This document shows, piece after piece, positions 45,436 through 56,467 of a DNA stretch of 64,000 nucleotides. The stretch comes from a virus. The translations under genes were made by a program, and so were the position numbers. How positions within the stretch are numbered: position 1 is the first letter of the stretch; every line of letters starts with the position of its first letter. The notes under the pieces are model-generated. The model ran no database searches and was not told the DNA's origin. It was given only the letters and a program-made list of their open reading frames with translations. The stretch is taken from positions 1 to 64,000 of the IMG/VR virus record IMGVR_UViG_3300021962_000025; one strand, written 5' to 3'.

Positions 45436-45703
45436 GTTTTCTAACTTTAACTTTTAATTCTCCCGTACCTTTTAAGATTCTATGATATTCTCCTTCAGGT
45501 ATAAAGATGGTTAGGCCCTCGTGTATATCAATAGGGAGGGAATTGTCCATTTGAAATTTCCAATCGGTGTCATGAAGAAATGTGATCTCCCTATCTTCAT
45601 TATCGAAATGCCACTTTAATTCACTTTCTTTTAAATCTGAGGAAAATACCCTAACACTGTGTGTGGAGTTCAAAATTTCTCTAAAGGGTAATTCGTCTTT
45701 CAT
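45392..45703 (-). CDS. small cupin-like protein
   Basis: 'WHFDNEDREI','IFIPEGEYHRILKG'. Confidence 0.6.
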   Translation of the reverse strand: MKDELPFREILNSTHSVRVFSSDLKESELKWHFDNEDREITFLHDTDWKFQMDNSLPIDIHEGLTIFIPEGEYHRILKGTGELKVKVRKLNKTRLLPHTQKTK

Positions 45704-46206
45704 TTTTTCGGTGACATAATCATATTCATTATTGCCCTGTGACCGTCCTTATCGTATTCCGATAACTCTTTTAACGATTTCCTATTTAACAGTAAGATTT
45801 TATCACCATTTTCATATTCATCAAAACTATCAGTTATGTTACCCTCTTTAAACATTATTGTGGCAAAAACTTCGTAACTGTCTGAGGTTAATTCTGCATT
45901 ATCCTCATCAAATTCATCATAACTATAGTGACCATCTTCATCCTCATCAGAATATGAATAATAATCTGATTGGTAGTATTCATCTGGCACCATATCTTTA
46001 TGGAAAACATATCCCTTGTTTGTGTTGGGGTCCATAACTAATATATAATCTGACCCCTCCTTGGATTTGTAATCGTACTTATCGTACGCAATAAATTTCA
46101 TGGTAGGTTTTACCCCATCTAAAGAATCATCTCTAAAACCACCTCTAGATGGTTCATCGTATTCAGGGGGGTCGTTCCAACCCTCTAAAAGGTCTAATAG
46201 TTTCAT
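45700..46206 (-). CDS. acidic hypothetical protein
   Basis: ORF in late operon. Confidence 0.6.
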   Translation of the reverse strand: MKLLDLLEGWNDPPEYDEPSRGGFRDDSLDGVKPTMKFIAYDKYDYKSKEGSDYILVMDPNTNKGYVFHKDMVPDEYYQSDYYSYSDEDEDGHYSYDEFDEDNAELTSDSYEVFATIMFKEGNITDSFDEYENGDKILLLNRKSLKELSEYDKDGHRAIMNMIMSPKK

Positions 46207-46207
46207 A

Positions 46208-47194
46208 TTACCAAGGATTCGAAGATTTGATACCCAACGCCTTTCTGTATCTTGAAATGTTACAACTCCAATATCCTGCCTTGGTACGGTCTTTTTTATC
46301 TTTACAATTGTGTCTCGCCCTAAACGATTTGGCCGCGGCTTTATTGTTATTTCTTACTCTTAGGTTGGGATCACCAAAAGTCACTTTCTTGATATTACCA
46401 CTTGGGGACTTTACATAGACCGCAAATTTCTTAGGTCCACCCGGTGTTCTAAACGGTTTATTTAATTTGACATTTCTACCTCTATGTTTAGCTTCAACTA
46501 AATATTCTTCTTCACCCTCCACAAAAGGTATATCTAAATAAACTTCGACACCTTCATACATACCTGTAACACCTAAATCAGTTTGGATTAGATCTAAGTC
46601 CACTCCGGTGACTTCTAAGACGTTTTCTTCATGTAATCGACGTACTTCATTATATAAGTTAAAAAACTCCTCAGAATAGATCCTATAGACGTTCTCAACG
46701 ATAGGAAGTTTCTTATTTAGGTGGTATTGTATACCCTCACTTAGAGTGATTGAGGATTCAGTAATATTTTTAAGTGTTGGATATCCTTTTGGTAGGGATT
46801 GAACGTCTAAATTGTTCAATACTAAATTTATAACTCTACCTTCATCAAATCTTGTAAATGTTGGGGTATTTCCTTTACCCGTTTTTGGATCTTTTTTCTC
46901 CGCTCGTCTTTTCTGCGATGTCATTGATTTTTTTTCTTTTTTATCATATGAAGACGCAACTTTAGGGGTTTTCTTAGATACTTTTTTGGATGGTCTACAT
47001 TTTGGATAACCTTTTCTTGATCCATCTCCGTCTGCATCCTTTCTACCACATGGAGGGTGTTTGCCATCTATTTTTCTAGATACATCAACCCATTTCTCTT
47101 TGAACCAACGGCCAAGATCTTCTTGGAGAACCTCACCATTGGCAAGACACTCCTCAATGTATTTCTTATCTTCTTCGTTGATTATTATTTTCAT
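46208..47194 (-). CDS. phage protein with basic Cys-containing modules (DUF6321-like C-terminus)
   Basis: 'DLGRWFKEKWVDV','YPKCRP','KKFAVYVK...KKVTFGDP','SFRARHNC','YWSC'. Confidence 0.65.
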   Translation of the reverse strand: MKIIINEEDKKYIEECLANGEVLQEDLGRWFKEKWVDVSRKIDGKHPPCGRKDADGDGSRKGYPKCRPSKKVSKKTPKVASSYDKKEKKSMTSQKRRAEKKDPKTGKGNTPTFTRFDEGRVINLVLNNLDVQSLPKGYPTLKNITESSITLSEGIQYHLNKKLPIVENVYRIYSEEFFNLYNEVRRLHEENVLEVTGVDLDLIQTDLGVTGMYEGVEVYLDIPFVEGEEEYLVEAKHRGRNVKLNKPFRTPGGPKKFAVYVKSPSGNIKKVTFGDPNLRVRNNNKAAAKSFRARHNCKDKKDRTKAGYWSCNISRYRKALGIKSSNPW

Positions 47195-47625
47195 TACTTT
47201 TTCTTTTTACAATAAGAACCTGAACATCTCTTCTTACCATCTAAACCAGGCATGGTTCCTTTACAAACTTGGACCGCATACCCATTGGCATATGCGGATG
47301 GGTAAACGTCAAACTTAGATTTTGCTGCGGATATGCCACGAGAACATAATTTGTTCTTATTTTTCTTTTCTTCGTTGATTGCTTCTTTGGTTTCATTCAT
47401 GAAGAAATCTAATACTTGATCAATGTTTTCTTTCGCCACCGTTACGTGATCGTCCGCCCAATCATGACCATTTTGTAAAATTTCTTCTATGATCATTGGG
47501 TCTAACTCTAATAACATTTCACACTGCCTCTTTATTTGTTGTAAATTACTAAAGAACATGTAATTTTCTGTTCTTTCTTCCTTTAAAGAGGATAAATGTT
47601 TTTTTATAATTTCCTTCAAGTCCAT
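47194..47625 (-). CDS. hypothetical protein with C-terminal 'YPSAYANGYAVQVCKG' module
   Basis: Start reassigned to MDLKE (TACTTAT variant 4 nt upstream). Confidence 0.6.
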   Translation of the reverse strand: MDLKEIIKKHLSSLKEERTENYMFFSNLQQIKRQCEMLLELDPMIIEEILQNGHDWADDHVTVAKENIDQVLDFFMNETKEAINEEKKNKNKLCSRGISAAKSKFDVYPSAYANGYAVQVCKGTMPGLDGKKRCSGSYCKKKK

Positions 47626-47638
47626 ATCTATAAGTATT

Positions 47639-49009
47639 TTATTTTTCCGAGACAATCTCAAATTTTATGACGTTTGGATAATCAAACTCTTCGTTGTGTT
47701 TGATACCCTTTATTTCGATAAAATATTCTCTTGGTATAAGGATAGACGTATCTAACATGAAACTATTTTCATTTGTTACATCTAAGTATGTCCAATCGAA
47801 TACGTTTACATTTGTGTGACCTTCTTTAATATAAATCCTGTAGAATACCTCATCAAATATTTCATTTGTTGACTTAGAAATTGTCCTAAAAATTGCGGTT
47901 ATCTTTCTTGTCTCTCCTGATTTAATTTTTTCGTTTTGTTTTATACCCGAGAATTGGACCACATATTTATTAGTCTCCTTCTGATTCTCACCTATTGTAA
48001 ATTTTGAAGAGTAAGGTTTAGGGACAAATTTTTGTGTAATATCGGGGAATGTCGTACCCTCCACGTTTATACCTTTCCACACATCATAGAAAAATCTTTT
48101 TCCGTCACACACCAAACCGTTAATACCAAAAGTTACTCTATACACCCCTTTTCTCACCTTTTCCACTGATAGGTCAGTTAAACCACTAATTGGAGTTTGA
48201 GTGGAATCTAAGATGTCCACTGTTGGTAAGTCATCTAAATCAAAGAAGTTGGTGTCCTTGTTGACATATAAGAATAAGTTCTGATTGGTTTTTTCGATAA
48301 AATTTTCCCTGTCGTCAACTATCCTATCATTAAATATTGTTTCTAAAAATGGTTCGAAAAAAGTTTGGGTGTACTTACTGAAGAAAGCAACCGACTGATC
48401 AACTTCTGAAGTTAGATCTTGATAAAGTGGGTCAAATGCAACACCAATACCATAATCAGTTTCTCCATTCAAGATACTGTTAATGTAGGATGTTATATCA
48501 ACTTCCAAATCCTCATTACCATTATCGAAATTTTGTGTCCCAATTATAATTGGATTATTTGAATATACCCCTTCTGCGGTCCATGAATCTAATGTGGTTC
48601 TCATAAACCAGTTCGAAGGTCTCACATCAAATGTGTTATTTCCGGTTGTATAATCGTAACCCGAATCTTCGTAATCGAAACCAACACCTTCATCCCAATA
48701 TTGTGGAATTTTAAAAACAACTAATTTGAATGATGTTGTTCTTTCTCTACCACTACCCCTTTTTGCTCCTAAGAATATTTCATCCCCAAAAATGGTGTTA
48801 GTCATGTGAAGGACGTGTTTTGTATCTGAATTTAAAACATAAGTACCGTTTTCAATACTTGATTTTAAATCAGTTAAATCTATCTTACAAAGAAATTTGG
48901 AAAAACCCGAACCATAGAAGATCTCGGTCGAGGGGTTTTTTGCGGTATTAACCTTCAACCCCTTGATTATCGTGTTGTTTTTCTCGAAATATGAACGAAA
49001 ATATGACAT
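47639..49009 (-). CDS. probable structural (tail/baseplate) beta-rich protein
   Basis: Beta-rich sequence, late motif upstream. Confidence 0.55.
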   Translation of the reverse strand: MSYFRSYFEKNNTIIKGLKVNTAKNPSTEIFYGSGFSKFLCKIDLTDLKSSIENGTYVLNSDTKHVLHMTNTIFGDEIFLGAKRGSGRERTTSFKLVVFKIPQYWDEGVGFDYEDSGYDYTTGNNTFDVRPSNWFMRTTLDSWTAEGVYSNNPIIIGTQNFDNGNEDLEVDITSYINSILNGETDYGIGVAFDPLYQDLTSEVDQSVAFFSKYTQTFFEPFLETIFNDRIVDDRENFIEKTNQNLFLYVNKDTNFFDLDDLPTVDILDSTQTPISGLTDLSVEKVRKGVYRVTFGINGLVCDGKRFFYDVWKGINVEGTTFPDITQKFVPKPYSSKFTIGENQKETNKYVVQFSGIKQNEKIKSGETRKITAIFRTISKSTNEIFDEVFYRIYIKEGHTNVNVFDWTYLDVTNENSFMLDTSILIPREYFIEIKGIKHNEEFDYPNVIKFEIVSEK

Positions 49010-49040
49010 CTTAACTTATCTTTCTTTAATAAATATCTGA

Positions 49041-50513
49041 TTAGTTTATTCTAATCGATTTATTTAGAAGATCGTTCTCGATTGTTTTAAAAACTTCCTG
49101 TAATTCGGAGAGGTTTGGTGTCCCATCAGGCATTGGTTCACCTGGATTGTGTGCGTGTGACCTTATAACTCTATATAGAAGTATTAATGCTTTAACTAAA
49201 TTTTCACCCCTTACAGTTGAGTAAGTATTGGGTTCTATTAAAGTAAGTAGTTCTTCCTGAGTATATTCGTATTTGTTTAACTTATTAAAGGGTACCGATT
49301 TTCCGGCAACTTGATTAGTATCACTAGATAAAAAGTAAATCTTGTCAGATGTTAGGGACCCAAAAGTCTGTTCCATATTCGAAGCAACTGTTACCAATTG
49401 ATTTTCTATTATTTCTTTAGTCACAGGTTTGGGATAATTTTCCGTAGGACTGTAATAAAGTCCTGAACCATTGTTAGACCCTGGATTTGTTGTGGGTTTT
49501 ACTTCTTTTAAAAACGACTTATCAGTTAGTGTACTTACGGGTCTAAAATAAAAAGGGTGTAAGAGAGGACGAGGTAATCTTCTATTTAAAACTTTTAAAC
49601 CTTTTCTATTTATTTTATCTATGGTTGTTCTAATTGTAGTATATGCGTCCTTAAAATTTCTAACAGATTCAGTATGTGTTGGGGTTACATTAGTGCCATC
49701 TAAATTTATTAATTTGATTGAATTTGAATATGATAGTAAATCTTGGGCAGTGGTGGAGGTAAACACTCTGGTATTAAACGTATCCCCATAAACATTTTTT
49801 ACCTCATATACATACCAAAAAAGTATTGAAGGATCGGTCACGTCATCGACATCATACTCTATGATATAATTTAATTTTTTACTTGGTATTGTAGTTACTG
49901 GGGTTTTAAACTCCACATTTTCTTTTTTGGTGCTGAATTTTTTTAGGGAAAGTATTGCCCTTTTTTCGGACATTATTGGAAATGACTGTATATCGTCTTT
50001 TTTTAATGTGTCTTTAACTAAAAACTTACCTCCTCTTAAATTTATTCCATTTTCCGTAAATAAGATGTCGGACCCATATGGTCCGTAGATTGCATAATCT
50101 TTAAATTCTGCGATAGAACCCACAGACTCCTTTTTCTTGTATTGTCCATCACTAAAAATATCGGGAGAAGATTTGACCAGAACCCCATAGGAAGTATTCT
50201 CCACTTGTTGTGAGTTGGTTTGGGAATTAAAGTCATGAATAGTTGTGAATGGTCCTGCAATGTACTCTCTATTAAGGAGATCATTATCGGGATCGTAGTA
50301 TATGATCTTTACTGTCTGACCAACCTCGGGAACAAAATTTATATTAGTTGGTAGGAATGGTAATGCCACAAAAGGATCGTTGTTGTCCCATTTATTATAT
50401 TTAATAGCATTTTCCCTAGTGCTACTAGATTCGCCCATGACTTTGAACCTCACTCTACCAATACCCTTCGGGTCTTGATTTTCGTCAACTATGGCTAGTT
50501 TAATATAACTCAT
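49041..50513 (-). CDS. baseplate hub/spike protein with gp5/VgrG-type OB-fold N-terminus
   Basis: 'VDENQDPKGIGRVRF...FVPEVGQTV.I'; C-terminal 'VRGENL...HAH' spike-tip-like. Confidence 0.65.
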   Translation of the reverse strand: MSYIKLAIVDENQDPKGIGRVRFKVMGESSSTRENAIKYNKWDNNDPFVALPFLPTNINFVPEVGQTVKIIYYDPDNDLLNREYIAGPFTTIHDFNSQTNSQQVENTSYGVLVKSSPDIFSDGQYKKKESVGSIAEFKDYAIYGPYGSDILFTENGINLRGGKFLVKDTLKKDDIQSFPIMSEKRAILSLKKFSTKKENVEFKTPVTTIPSKKLNYIIEYDVDDVTDPSILFWYVYEVKNVYGDTFNTRVFTSTTAQDLLSYSNSIKLINLDGTNVTPTHTESVRNFKDAYTTIRTTIDKINRKGLKVLNRRLPRPLLHPFYFRPVSTLTDKSFLKEVKPTTNPGSNNGSGLYYSPTENYPKPVTKEIIENQLVTVASNMEQTFGSLTSDKIYFLSSDTNQVAGKSVPFNKLNKYEYTQEELLTLIEPNTYSTVRGENLVKALILLYRVIRSHAHNPGEPMPDGTPNLSELQEVFKTIENDLLNKSIRIN

Positions 50514-50713
50514 TTCTTACCGTACCTATTACCTAACTCTTTGTTAATTTTATTATATGATGTCTCCACCGCGTCCAAATATTTAGTCAATTCTAAAATA
50601 CTTGATTTAGTTTTCTCAAACTCGGTAGTTAGAAATTCCATACACTCAGTCAAGTCTTTGTTATTTTTAACTTCGGGATTGTTTACTATGTCTAAAATTT
50701 TATTTGGTTCCAT
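50510..50713 (-). CDS. small coiled-coil protein
   Basis: ORF coupled to neighbours. Confidence 0.6.
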   Translation of the reverse strand: MEPNKILDIVNNPEVKNNKDLTECMEFLTTEFEKTKSSILELTKYLDAVETSYNKINKELGNRYGKK

Positions 50714-50714
50714 C

Positions 50715-52610
50715 TTAGAATACTTTACCCGAACTGTTTAAAATTCCTGGAGGAATAGTTAATGGTCCCGCAGGTGTCGGAATGGTTATTTTTTTATTAC
50801 TAACTTTTACAAATGAGTTTGTATCGCTCTCTTCGGAAATACCCTCAATTACTGACTTCATCATCAACAAATATTTGTTAGGTTCTCCGTATATGGTACC
50901 CGTATTAAGTCCTAATTGGGATGCCCTTTCTGCTGAATTCATGTATGCCCTATCCGCACTATAACCAGGTAATATATCGGCAAAACCTAATATAAAACCA
51001 GGTACATTGATTTTACCACCCGGTAAATTCAGAGCACCTTTAATTGCTCCTATAATTGCTAAAAATATTTCTAAACAACTTTTAAAACCAACGGTCAGTA
51101 ATTTTCTAAGTAAGTCAATTATTGCGGTTAAAATTCTTACAAAATGTTTATACTTATTTTTTAATATTTTCATTCCCACGTTGGCAACAAAATCGAGAAG
51201 ATCTTTCTTAATAAATTTCCAAAATTCAGTCAAGAATTTCCAAAAAACTTCTTTGATAATTGTATGAACCAGTTTATAAAGTTTCTTCATTAATTCCTTT
51301 ATGTCAAGTATAACACCTTTTAGTTGTTTATATGCAACCACTAAAGGATAGAAAACCTTAGGAGATAAAACCGACGAAACCAAAGCTTTAGGAACGTTTA
51401 AAATAAACATATTTAGTAATTCTAAATTTATGTTATCAAACATGTTTTGGTTGTCACTTTGTATTGCGGCATTTAATGCGACCGAGTCCAAAGTATCATC
51501 AACTAAATTTGATAAGTTACCATCTGAGAGAAAAACAAAGTCTTCAAATGAAGTTTGGGGAGAGGGAATTTCAAAATTACCACAGTCCTTGAATCTTAGA
51601 ACTTTTCTATATCTATCATCTTCATCATCTATGTCGATCCCTTCCACATCATCAAAATCAAAGTACGATTGAATGTCGGAATCATTCTCGGAAAATTGTT
51701 GACTGGTGGTTTGTATTAAACCACTATCTTCCATTGGGGATCCGCAAAGTTTAAAAAGTTTGGAACATAGTCTGTTTAAGTATGCCATTGCTTTATCAAA
51801 GGATTCAGGATTCTCACCATCCCCTTGTAACGTCATTAACATGGCGGTTTTAATAATATATTCTATTTTGGGAGTCTCAATACTATCGTAGTAGTCCTCC
51901 ATAAATTCACCAACCTTTACTGCCGCAATACCTTGTTTTAATCCACTCACTTGGTATTCTTGGTTTCCACTATCCCACGATAGTGAAAATAGGTTTTTAC
52001 CTGATTTACTACTAAATGTGTAGTTATTAGAGAAAGCATTATAGAGTTCTCTATTCATTTTAATATCTCCAGATGAGGGACTCTCCTCCTCATACATTAT
52101 CATACCGATAGATGATGAAGGGTCATTTTGTAAAACGTTTAAGAAGTCAAATTCTTTTGGAGAGATAGTCATACTATCTTGTGGCATCTCAGTATCTACA
52201 CCACAAATACTTGAATCTGAATCAACGAATAAGACTTTTTTTACACTTTCTTTTACAATGTTTTTAGAATCTTTTACAGTTATCGATGCCGACTCTAAAG
52301 CGTATTTTTTTAATTTTCTACCCGATAATAATTTTTCATTATCGTTTAATTGTATCTTATTTGATCTAGTGGTTAAAAAATCGTTAGCGATATCAATTAT
52401 GGAACCAAAAATATCTTCCTTATTATCTTTTTTTCTTTTGAGTTTACTCTTTAACCCCTCTATAGAATCTGATATTTTCTTATCTATCTCAGCGTCTTTA
52501 AGGTATAGGTCATAGAGGTTGTCAGAAGCCTTTGACGGATCGTCATTAATCTTCTTAACAATTTCAAGTTTTGACTTGATCTCACCTCTTAACTTTTTAA
52601 CCTTACTCAT
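50715..52610 (-). CDS. large hypothetical (possible baseplate/tail) protein
   Basis: 631-aa ORF in late operon; C-terminal 'IPTPAGP'. Confidence 0.65.
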   Translation of the reverse strand: MSKVKKLRGEIKSKLEIVKKINDDPSKASDNLYDLYLKDAEIDKKISDSIEGLKSKLKRKKDNKEDIFGSIIDIANDFLTTRSNKIQLNDNEKLLSGRKLKKYALESASITVKDSKNIVKESVKKVLFVDSDSSICGVDTEMPQDSMTISPKEFDFLNVLQNDPSSSIGMIMYEEESPSSGDIKMNRELYNAFSNNYTFSSKSGKNLFSLSWDSGNQEYQVSGLKQGIAAVKVGEFMEDYYDSIETPKIEYIIKTAMLMTLQGDGENPESFDKAMAYLNRLCSKLFKLCGSPMEDSGLIQTTSQQFSENDSDIQSYFDFDDVEGIDIDDEDDRYRKVLRFKDCGNFEIPSPQTSFEDFVFLSDGNLSNLVDDTLDSVALNAAIQSDNQNMFDNINLELLNMFILNVPKALVSSVLSPKVFYPLVVAYKQLKGVILDIKELMKKLYKLVHTIIKEVFWKFLTEFWKFIKKDLLDFVANVGMKILKNKYKHFVRILTAIIDLLRKLLTVGFKSCLEIFLAIIGAIKGALNLPGGKINVPGFILGFADILPGYSADRAYMNSAERASQLGLNTGTIYGEPNKYLLMMKSVIEGISEESDTNSFVKVSNKKITIPTPAGPLTIPPGILNSSGKVF

Positions 52611-52990
52611 TACATTTGATATTTTTGGGATCCACTTCCTTGTGGTTCATCATCTTCCTTCATAAGTTTCTCCAATAACTGTCTGTCTTCTTCAGTTAGA
52701 TCTAATTTTCCTCCGTTTTGGATTTGTCCACCTCCACTTTGTTTTAATAATACACTTTGTAGTTTTACTAAGGAGATTTTCTTTTCGGTACAATCATTAA
52801 GAATTTTTTGTTGTTCTTTAATCACGGGACCAATAACACTCATGTCTTCGGCCTCCTTCATAAAACTCAACATCTTCTTGGTTATTAAATTGGCGGTTTG
52901 CTTCTGCTCCACAATATCATTGTAGATTTCCTGCATTAAAGAGAGTGCAGAATCAGTATCTAATGATAATAAATTTGTCTTTCTTCTCAT
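52610..52990 (-). CDS. helical hypothetical protein
   Basis: TATTTAT 4 nt upstream of ATG. Confidence 0.65.
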   Translation of the reverse strand: MRRKTNLLSLDTDSALSLMQEIYNDIVEQKQTANLITKKMLSFMKEAEDMSVIGPVIKEQQKILNDCTEKKISLVKLQSVLLKQSGGGQIQNGGKLDLTEEDRQLLEKLMKEDDEPQGSGSQKYQM

Positions 52991-53009
52991 ACCTATAAAT
53001 AGATTGTTT

Positions 53010-53711
53010 CTAATTATTTATGAAATCCAACTTTAACAACTCATAAAGTTTTTTATACTTTTTCATCGCTACACGGATCTCTTTAGTACTTAAAGAAGTC
53101 ATCTCTCTAAGAGATAATAGTATTAAATTCTTATTGAATTTATTACCGTCACCTTGTTGGAAAATCTTATCGAAGTTTGAAAAGACCTCGATAAGGGCGT
53201 ATCCCAATTTTTTTTCATTATCATTAAGATCTTCATTTTCCACAAAATTTTCTAACTCTGTGGTGAGTTTAATAACAATGTTTTTATAGTCTAACTCCTC
53301 TTCATCTATAACATATGAGAGGTCGGCACGATCCTCCAATCGTGTTGAGATGTCTTCATATGAAACGGATCTATTTGTTTCTTTTACATCTTTTTGTATG
53401 GTACCCATAAGATAGTTCTTACAGATTGTACCAAAATAGGAGTATGCTTTATAGTTTTTCGTAGTATCAAACTTACTGATCTTAGTCATCAAGAATGACA
53501 TAGTATCAGTGTGAATTTCTTCAAACTCGTAATCTTTCCTATAAAGTTTATAACGGCGGATTATACTTTCCACCATTATTGTGAGAGGTTCTTCTAAATA
53601 TTCTCTGAATATCTTATTCTTTTCGTCTTCGTTTTCGGATTCTAAGTATCGTACTACCGCTTGTTCTTGCTCCTCCCCAAAATACATTTTTTGGGTGCGT
53701 TTTCTCGGCAT
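53010..53711 (-). CDS. phage late-transcription sigma factor (gp55-like, sigma70 region 2)
   Basis: 'MYFGEEQEQAVVRYL','KFDTTKNYKAYSYFGTICKNYL' resembles gp55 region 2 (NPFAYFTQI..NAF). Confidence 0.75.
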   Translation of the reverse strand: MPRKRTQKMYFGEEQEQAVVRYLESENEDEKNKIFREYLEEPLTIMVESIIRRYKLYRKDYEFEEIHTDTMSFLMTKISKFDTTKNYKAYSYFGTICKNYLMGTIQKDVKETNRSVSYEDISTRLEDRADLSYVIDEEELDYKNIVIKLTTELENFVENEDLNDNEKKLGYALIEVFSNFDKIFQQGDGNKFNKNLILLSLREMTSLSTKEIRVAMKKYKKLYELLKLDFINN

Positions 53712-54496
53712 TAACTTTCAGCGTATTCAATATCTCGTTTAGTCTTAAAGAAGAATTCTTTTTTGGCTGTTTCTAACCAAAATTTAGGTTCTTCAGAAGA
53801 TAGTTTTAAATTTTCATCGTTTTTATATGACCAAAACAACGAACCTTCTCTAAAGTTGACGTGTCTGTACCCAACTTGTGGGATAACGGCAACCTTGACA
53901 CCATTGTGAGTTAACCTTAATAAAAACTCATAACTAAATGTCAGTTTAATGTTTTCTTTAAAAGACCCATTCTCTTTGATCACATCTGTTTTATAGAGAC
54001 CTCCACTAGTTTGGTAGTTTTGGTAATCTAATAAAACCTCATTATCTATAATACCTTGTTTTTCACTAAACCCGTAAGCCCACACAGACTCGTTAGTGAA
54101 ACTAGTCATTTTACCCTCAACGTTAACATCCTTAACAATTGGTAAGAATACGTCTGCGTCCTCAAACATTTCTCTATAGTTTGTAAATGATTTTAACCAA
54201 TTTGATGTATACTCATCATCTACTTCTAAAATTGAAAACCATTCGGTTTTACAACTATTGATTCCAAGATTTACTTGAGAACAAAAATCGGTAGGACCGG
54301 TGTTAATTGTGAATTCAATGTCTAACTTATCTGTAAGACCTCCTCTGGTGAGATCCCCGATTGCGTTTGATGGACCAACTATTTGGAGTATCACGTCATC
54401 GTGGAACTGTTCCACAGAAGAAATTGCTCTATTTAACATCTCCTGATATTCTCCTTCAAGAGTATGTATTGGTAATATTATTGTTATATTTTTCAT
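53711..54496 (-). CDS. glycosyltransferase family 2
   Basis: 'ITIILPIH','QVNLGINSCKTEWFSILEVDD' DxD. Confidence 0.8.
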   Translation of the reverse strand: MKNITIILPIHTLEGEYQEMLNRAISSVEQFHDDVILQIVGPSNAIGDLTRGGLTDKLDIEFTINTGPTDFCSQVNLGINSCKTEWFSILEVDDEYTSNWLKSFTNYREMFEDADVFLPIVKDVNVEGKMTSFTNESVWAYGFSEKQGIIDNEVLLDYQNYQTSGGLYKTDVIKENGSFKENIKLTFSYEFLLRLTHNGVKVAVIPQVGYRHVNFREGSLFWSYKNDENLKLSSEEPKFWLETAKKEFFFKTKRDIEYAES

Positions 54497-55563
54497 ACGT
54501 TTACTTCCTCTTTTAATTTATTCAAAACATTCTCAATTGATGTTACTCTACTATTTCTAAAAGAGTTGAAAATTGAGATTATATTTTGATCTATTACATC
54601 TTCGGCATAAGGAATAAGAGTTTCTTTCATTTTTTCCTTAACCTCGTCGTTAATGGTGATTCCTTCTAACCAAGCTAAAACATATGTTCCCATGAATTCG
54701 ACAATTTTACTTAAATCATAGGACCATAAACCATTTTCATTAACCCAGTCTGGTTCCGTATTAGGGACCTTACCAATGACAGGTACTTCACATTTCATCG
54801 ATTCTAAAGGAAACGTACCAAACGTAGACTCCTCATCCAACCAAACAGAACAAATACATTCTTTTAGTTGGTCGGCAAATTCCGTGTAAGGCATCTGTAC
54901 CATATCTTTAAAAGTAATCCACCTTAATTGTGGGTACTTTAAATAAAATTCAGATATAACTCTTCTGTGTTGTCCCCTATCTCTAGCACTAATGGCTATA
55001 AATGGTTTTGTTGGTGTTTCTGACGGCTTAAAGATATCCCCTATTTTGGGTGGATTGACAAAGATGAAAGATTCGGGGAATACTGATTTAATATATTCTT
55101 TGGATCTCTCTGTAGTCGTGATAACCTTATCAAAACCATAATCACTCCATCTACTACCAACAGGTAACGTTTCAAAAATATACTCTGTTTGTTGTACTAA
55201 CATGATCTTAGTACATTTTATATTAGATAGTTGTTCTAAAACATTAGAATAATACTCAGGTACAACAATAACATCGTCAATACCCATCTCAAGTTTATCC
55301 TCTTTTATAGTAACAACAGGAATATCATTATATGTATCACCCATCCAAGCTCTTACACCTGAATAGTTCTTATCCTCAACAAGGATTTTCGCATCTATAC
55401 CATACTCTCTTAGGGTTTTCACAGAGTCATATATGTATTTGATTGCGGCCCTGGCATTTCCTTTCGTATCATATGTTAGGAAATAAATTTTGTATTCATT
55501 ACTGTTTAATCTAGAGAGGGCATTCTCTAATTTTGTAATGTTTTCTTGTGTTTTATCACTCAT
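54493..55563 (-). CDS. GT-B (GT4-like) glycosyltransferase
   Basis: 'DVIVVPE','ESTFGTFPLESMKCEVPVIG' E-x7-E-like motif. Confidence 0.8.
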   Translation of the reverse strand: MSDKTQENITKLENALSRLNSNEYKIYFLTYDTKGNARAAIKYIYDSVKTLREYGIDAKILVEDKNYSGVRAWMGDTYNDIPVVTIKEDKLEMGIDDVIVVPEYYSNVLEQLSNIKCTKIMLVQQTEYIFETLPVGSRWSDYGFDKVITTTERSKEYIKSVFPESFIFVNPPKIGDIFKPSETPTKPFIAISARDRGQHRRVISEFYLKYPQLRWITFKDMVQMPYTEFADQLKECICSVWLDEESTFGTFPLESMKCEVPVIGKVPNTEPDWVNENGLWSYDLSKIVEFMGTYVLAWLEGITINDEVKEKMKETLIPYAEDVIDQNIISIFNSFRNSRVTSIENVLNKLKEEVNV

Positions 55564-55846
55564 CGTATTTTCTTAAAATTCCGTATTTTATTAGCGTGTT
55601 AAATGAAAACTTAAACGGGATTGATAACTCGTTCGTTAACAACCCCAATCCATTATCATCTTGAGCACCTTCAGTTAATAATGTGTCTAAACATTGTTTA
55701 ATGGTGTCATATTTAAACACATTTATTGATTGTTCCACTTGTTGTGGTTTTTCATCATCATTTGCTATCGGTTCGACAGTCATTTCACAACTTTCAGTAA
55801 TCTTGTCAATGTCGATATAATAATATTCTCCGAAGATTTCAACCAT
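55556..55846 (-). CDS. hypothetical protein
   Basis: ORF in operon. Confidence 0.6.
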   Translation of the reverse strand: MVEIFGEYYYIDIDKITESCEMTVEPIANDDEKPQQVEQSINVFKYDTIKQCLDTLLTEGAQDDNGLGLLTNELSIPFKFSFNTLIKYGILRKYDE

Positions 55847-56430
55847 GTCTCATCTATTTCTGTTAATTTATGTATTTCTAAGGGATTTGTAAAGTGTTGG
55901 TTATAATCTGTATTAAATTTGATAACCTTTTTGTTTTTTGGTTTCTGACTAATAATAGGCTCAGAATCTGTAACCCACAAATCACATTGTTTCCATAGAT
56001 TTGGTATTTCAGAACTTATTGAGAACCTCACATTGTTACCCATAAAACCATTTCTGGATAAAAAGAATAATGTTGATGGTTTTGCTTTCCCTAATTCATC
56101 CAATCCAATCAAAGTAAATCTGTGTTCCTTATTTTGATAAATTAAATTATTTAAATCCAAAAAAACGTTAGGATAACTCCCATTTGCGTGTCCAAAGATT
56201 TCTACCGAATAGTCTATGAAAGTGAAATTATCAAATTCGTCTTTTGATTGGAATCGATAACTTTCTAATAGATGGTTATTTCTAACAGGTTCGGTTACTG
56301 CGTAGTCAAATTGATTCTCCTCGTCCGTTTTTTCCTCGGGCTCCGAATCTAAGTAATAATCTTTGTAGTGATAATCAAACTTAGCAATTGTGTTCCTTAA
56401 TACACCATCTATACTGATAAAAATTTCCAT
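55780..56430 (-). CDS. HAD-like protein (5'-nucleotidase NT5C-like, motif I partly degenerate)
   Basis: 'ISIDGVLR','DLWVTD','VIKFNTDYN'. Confidence 0.6.
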   Translation of the reverse strand: MEIFISIDGVLRNTIAKFDYHYKDYYLDSEPEEKTDEENQFDYAVTEPVRNNHLLESYRFQSKDEFDNFTFIDYSVEIFGHANGSYPNVFLDLNNLIYQNKEHRFTLIGLDELGKAKPSTLFFLSRNGFMGNNVRFSISSEIPNLWKQCDLWVTDSEPIISQKPKNKKVIKFNTDYNQHFTNPLEIHKLTEIDETWLKSSENIIISTLTRLLKVVK

Positions 56431-56467
56431 AAACTTAATATAATAAATTTTTTATTATAAGTAAAGG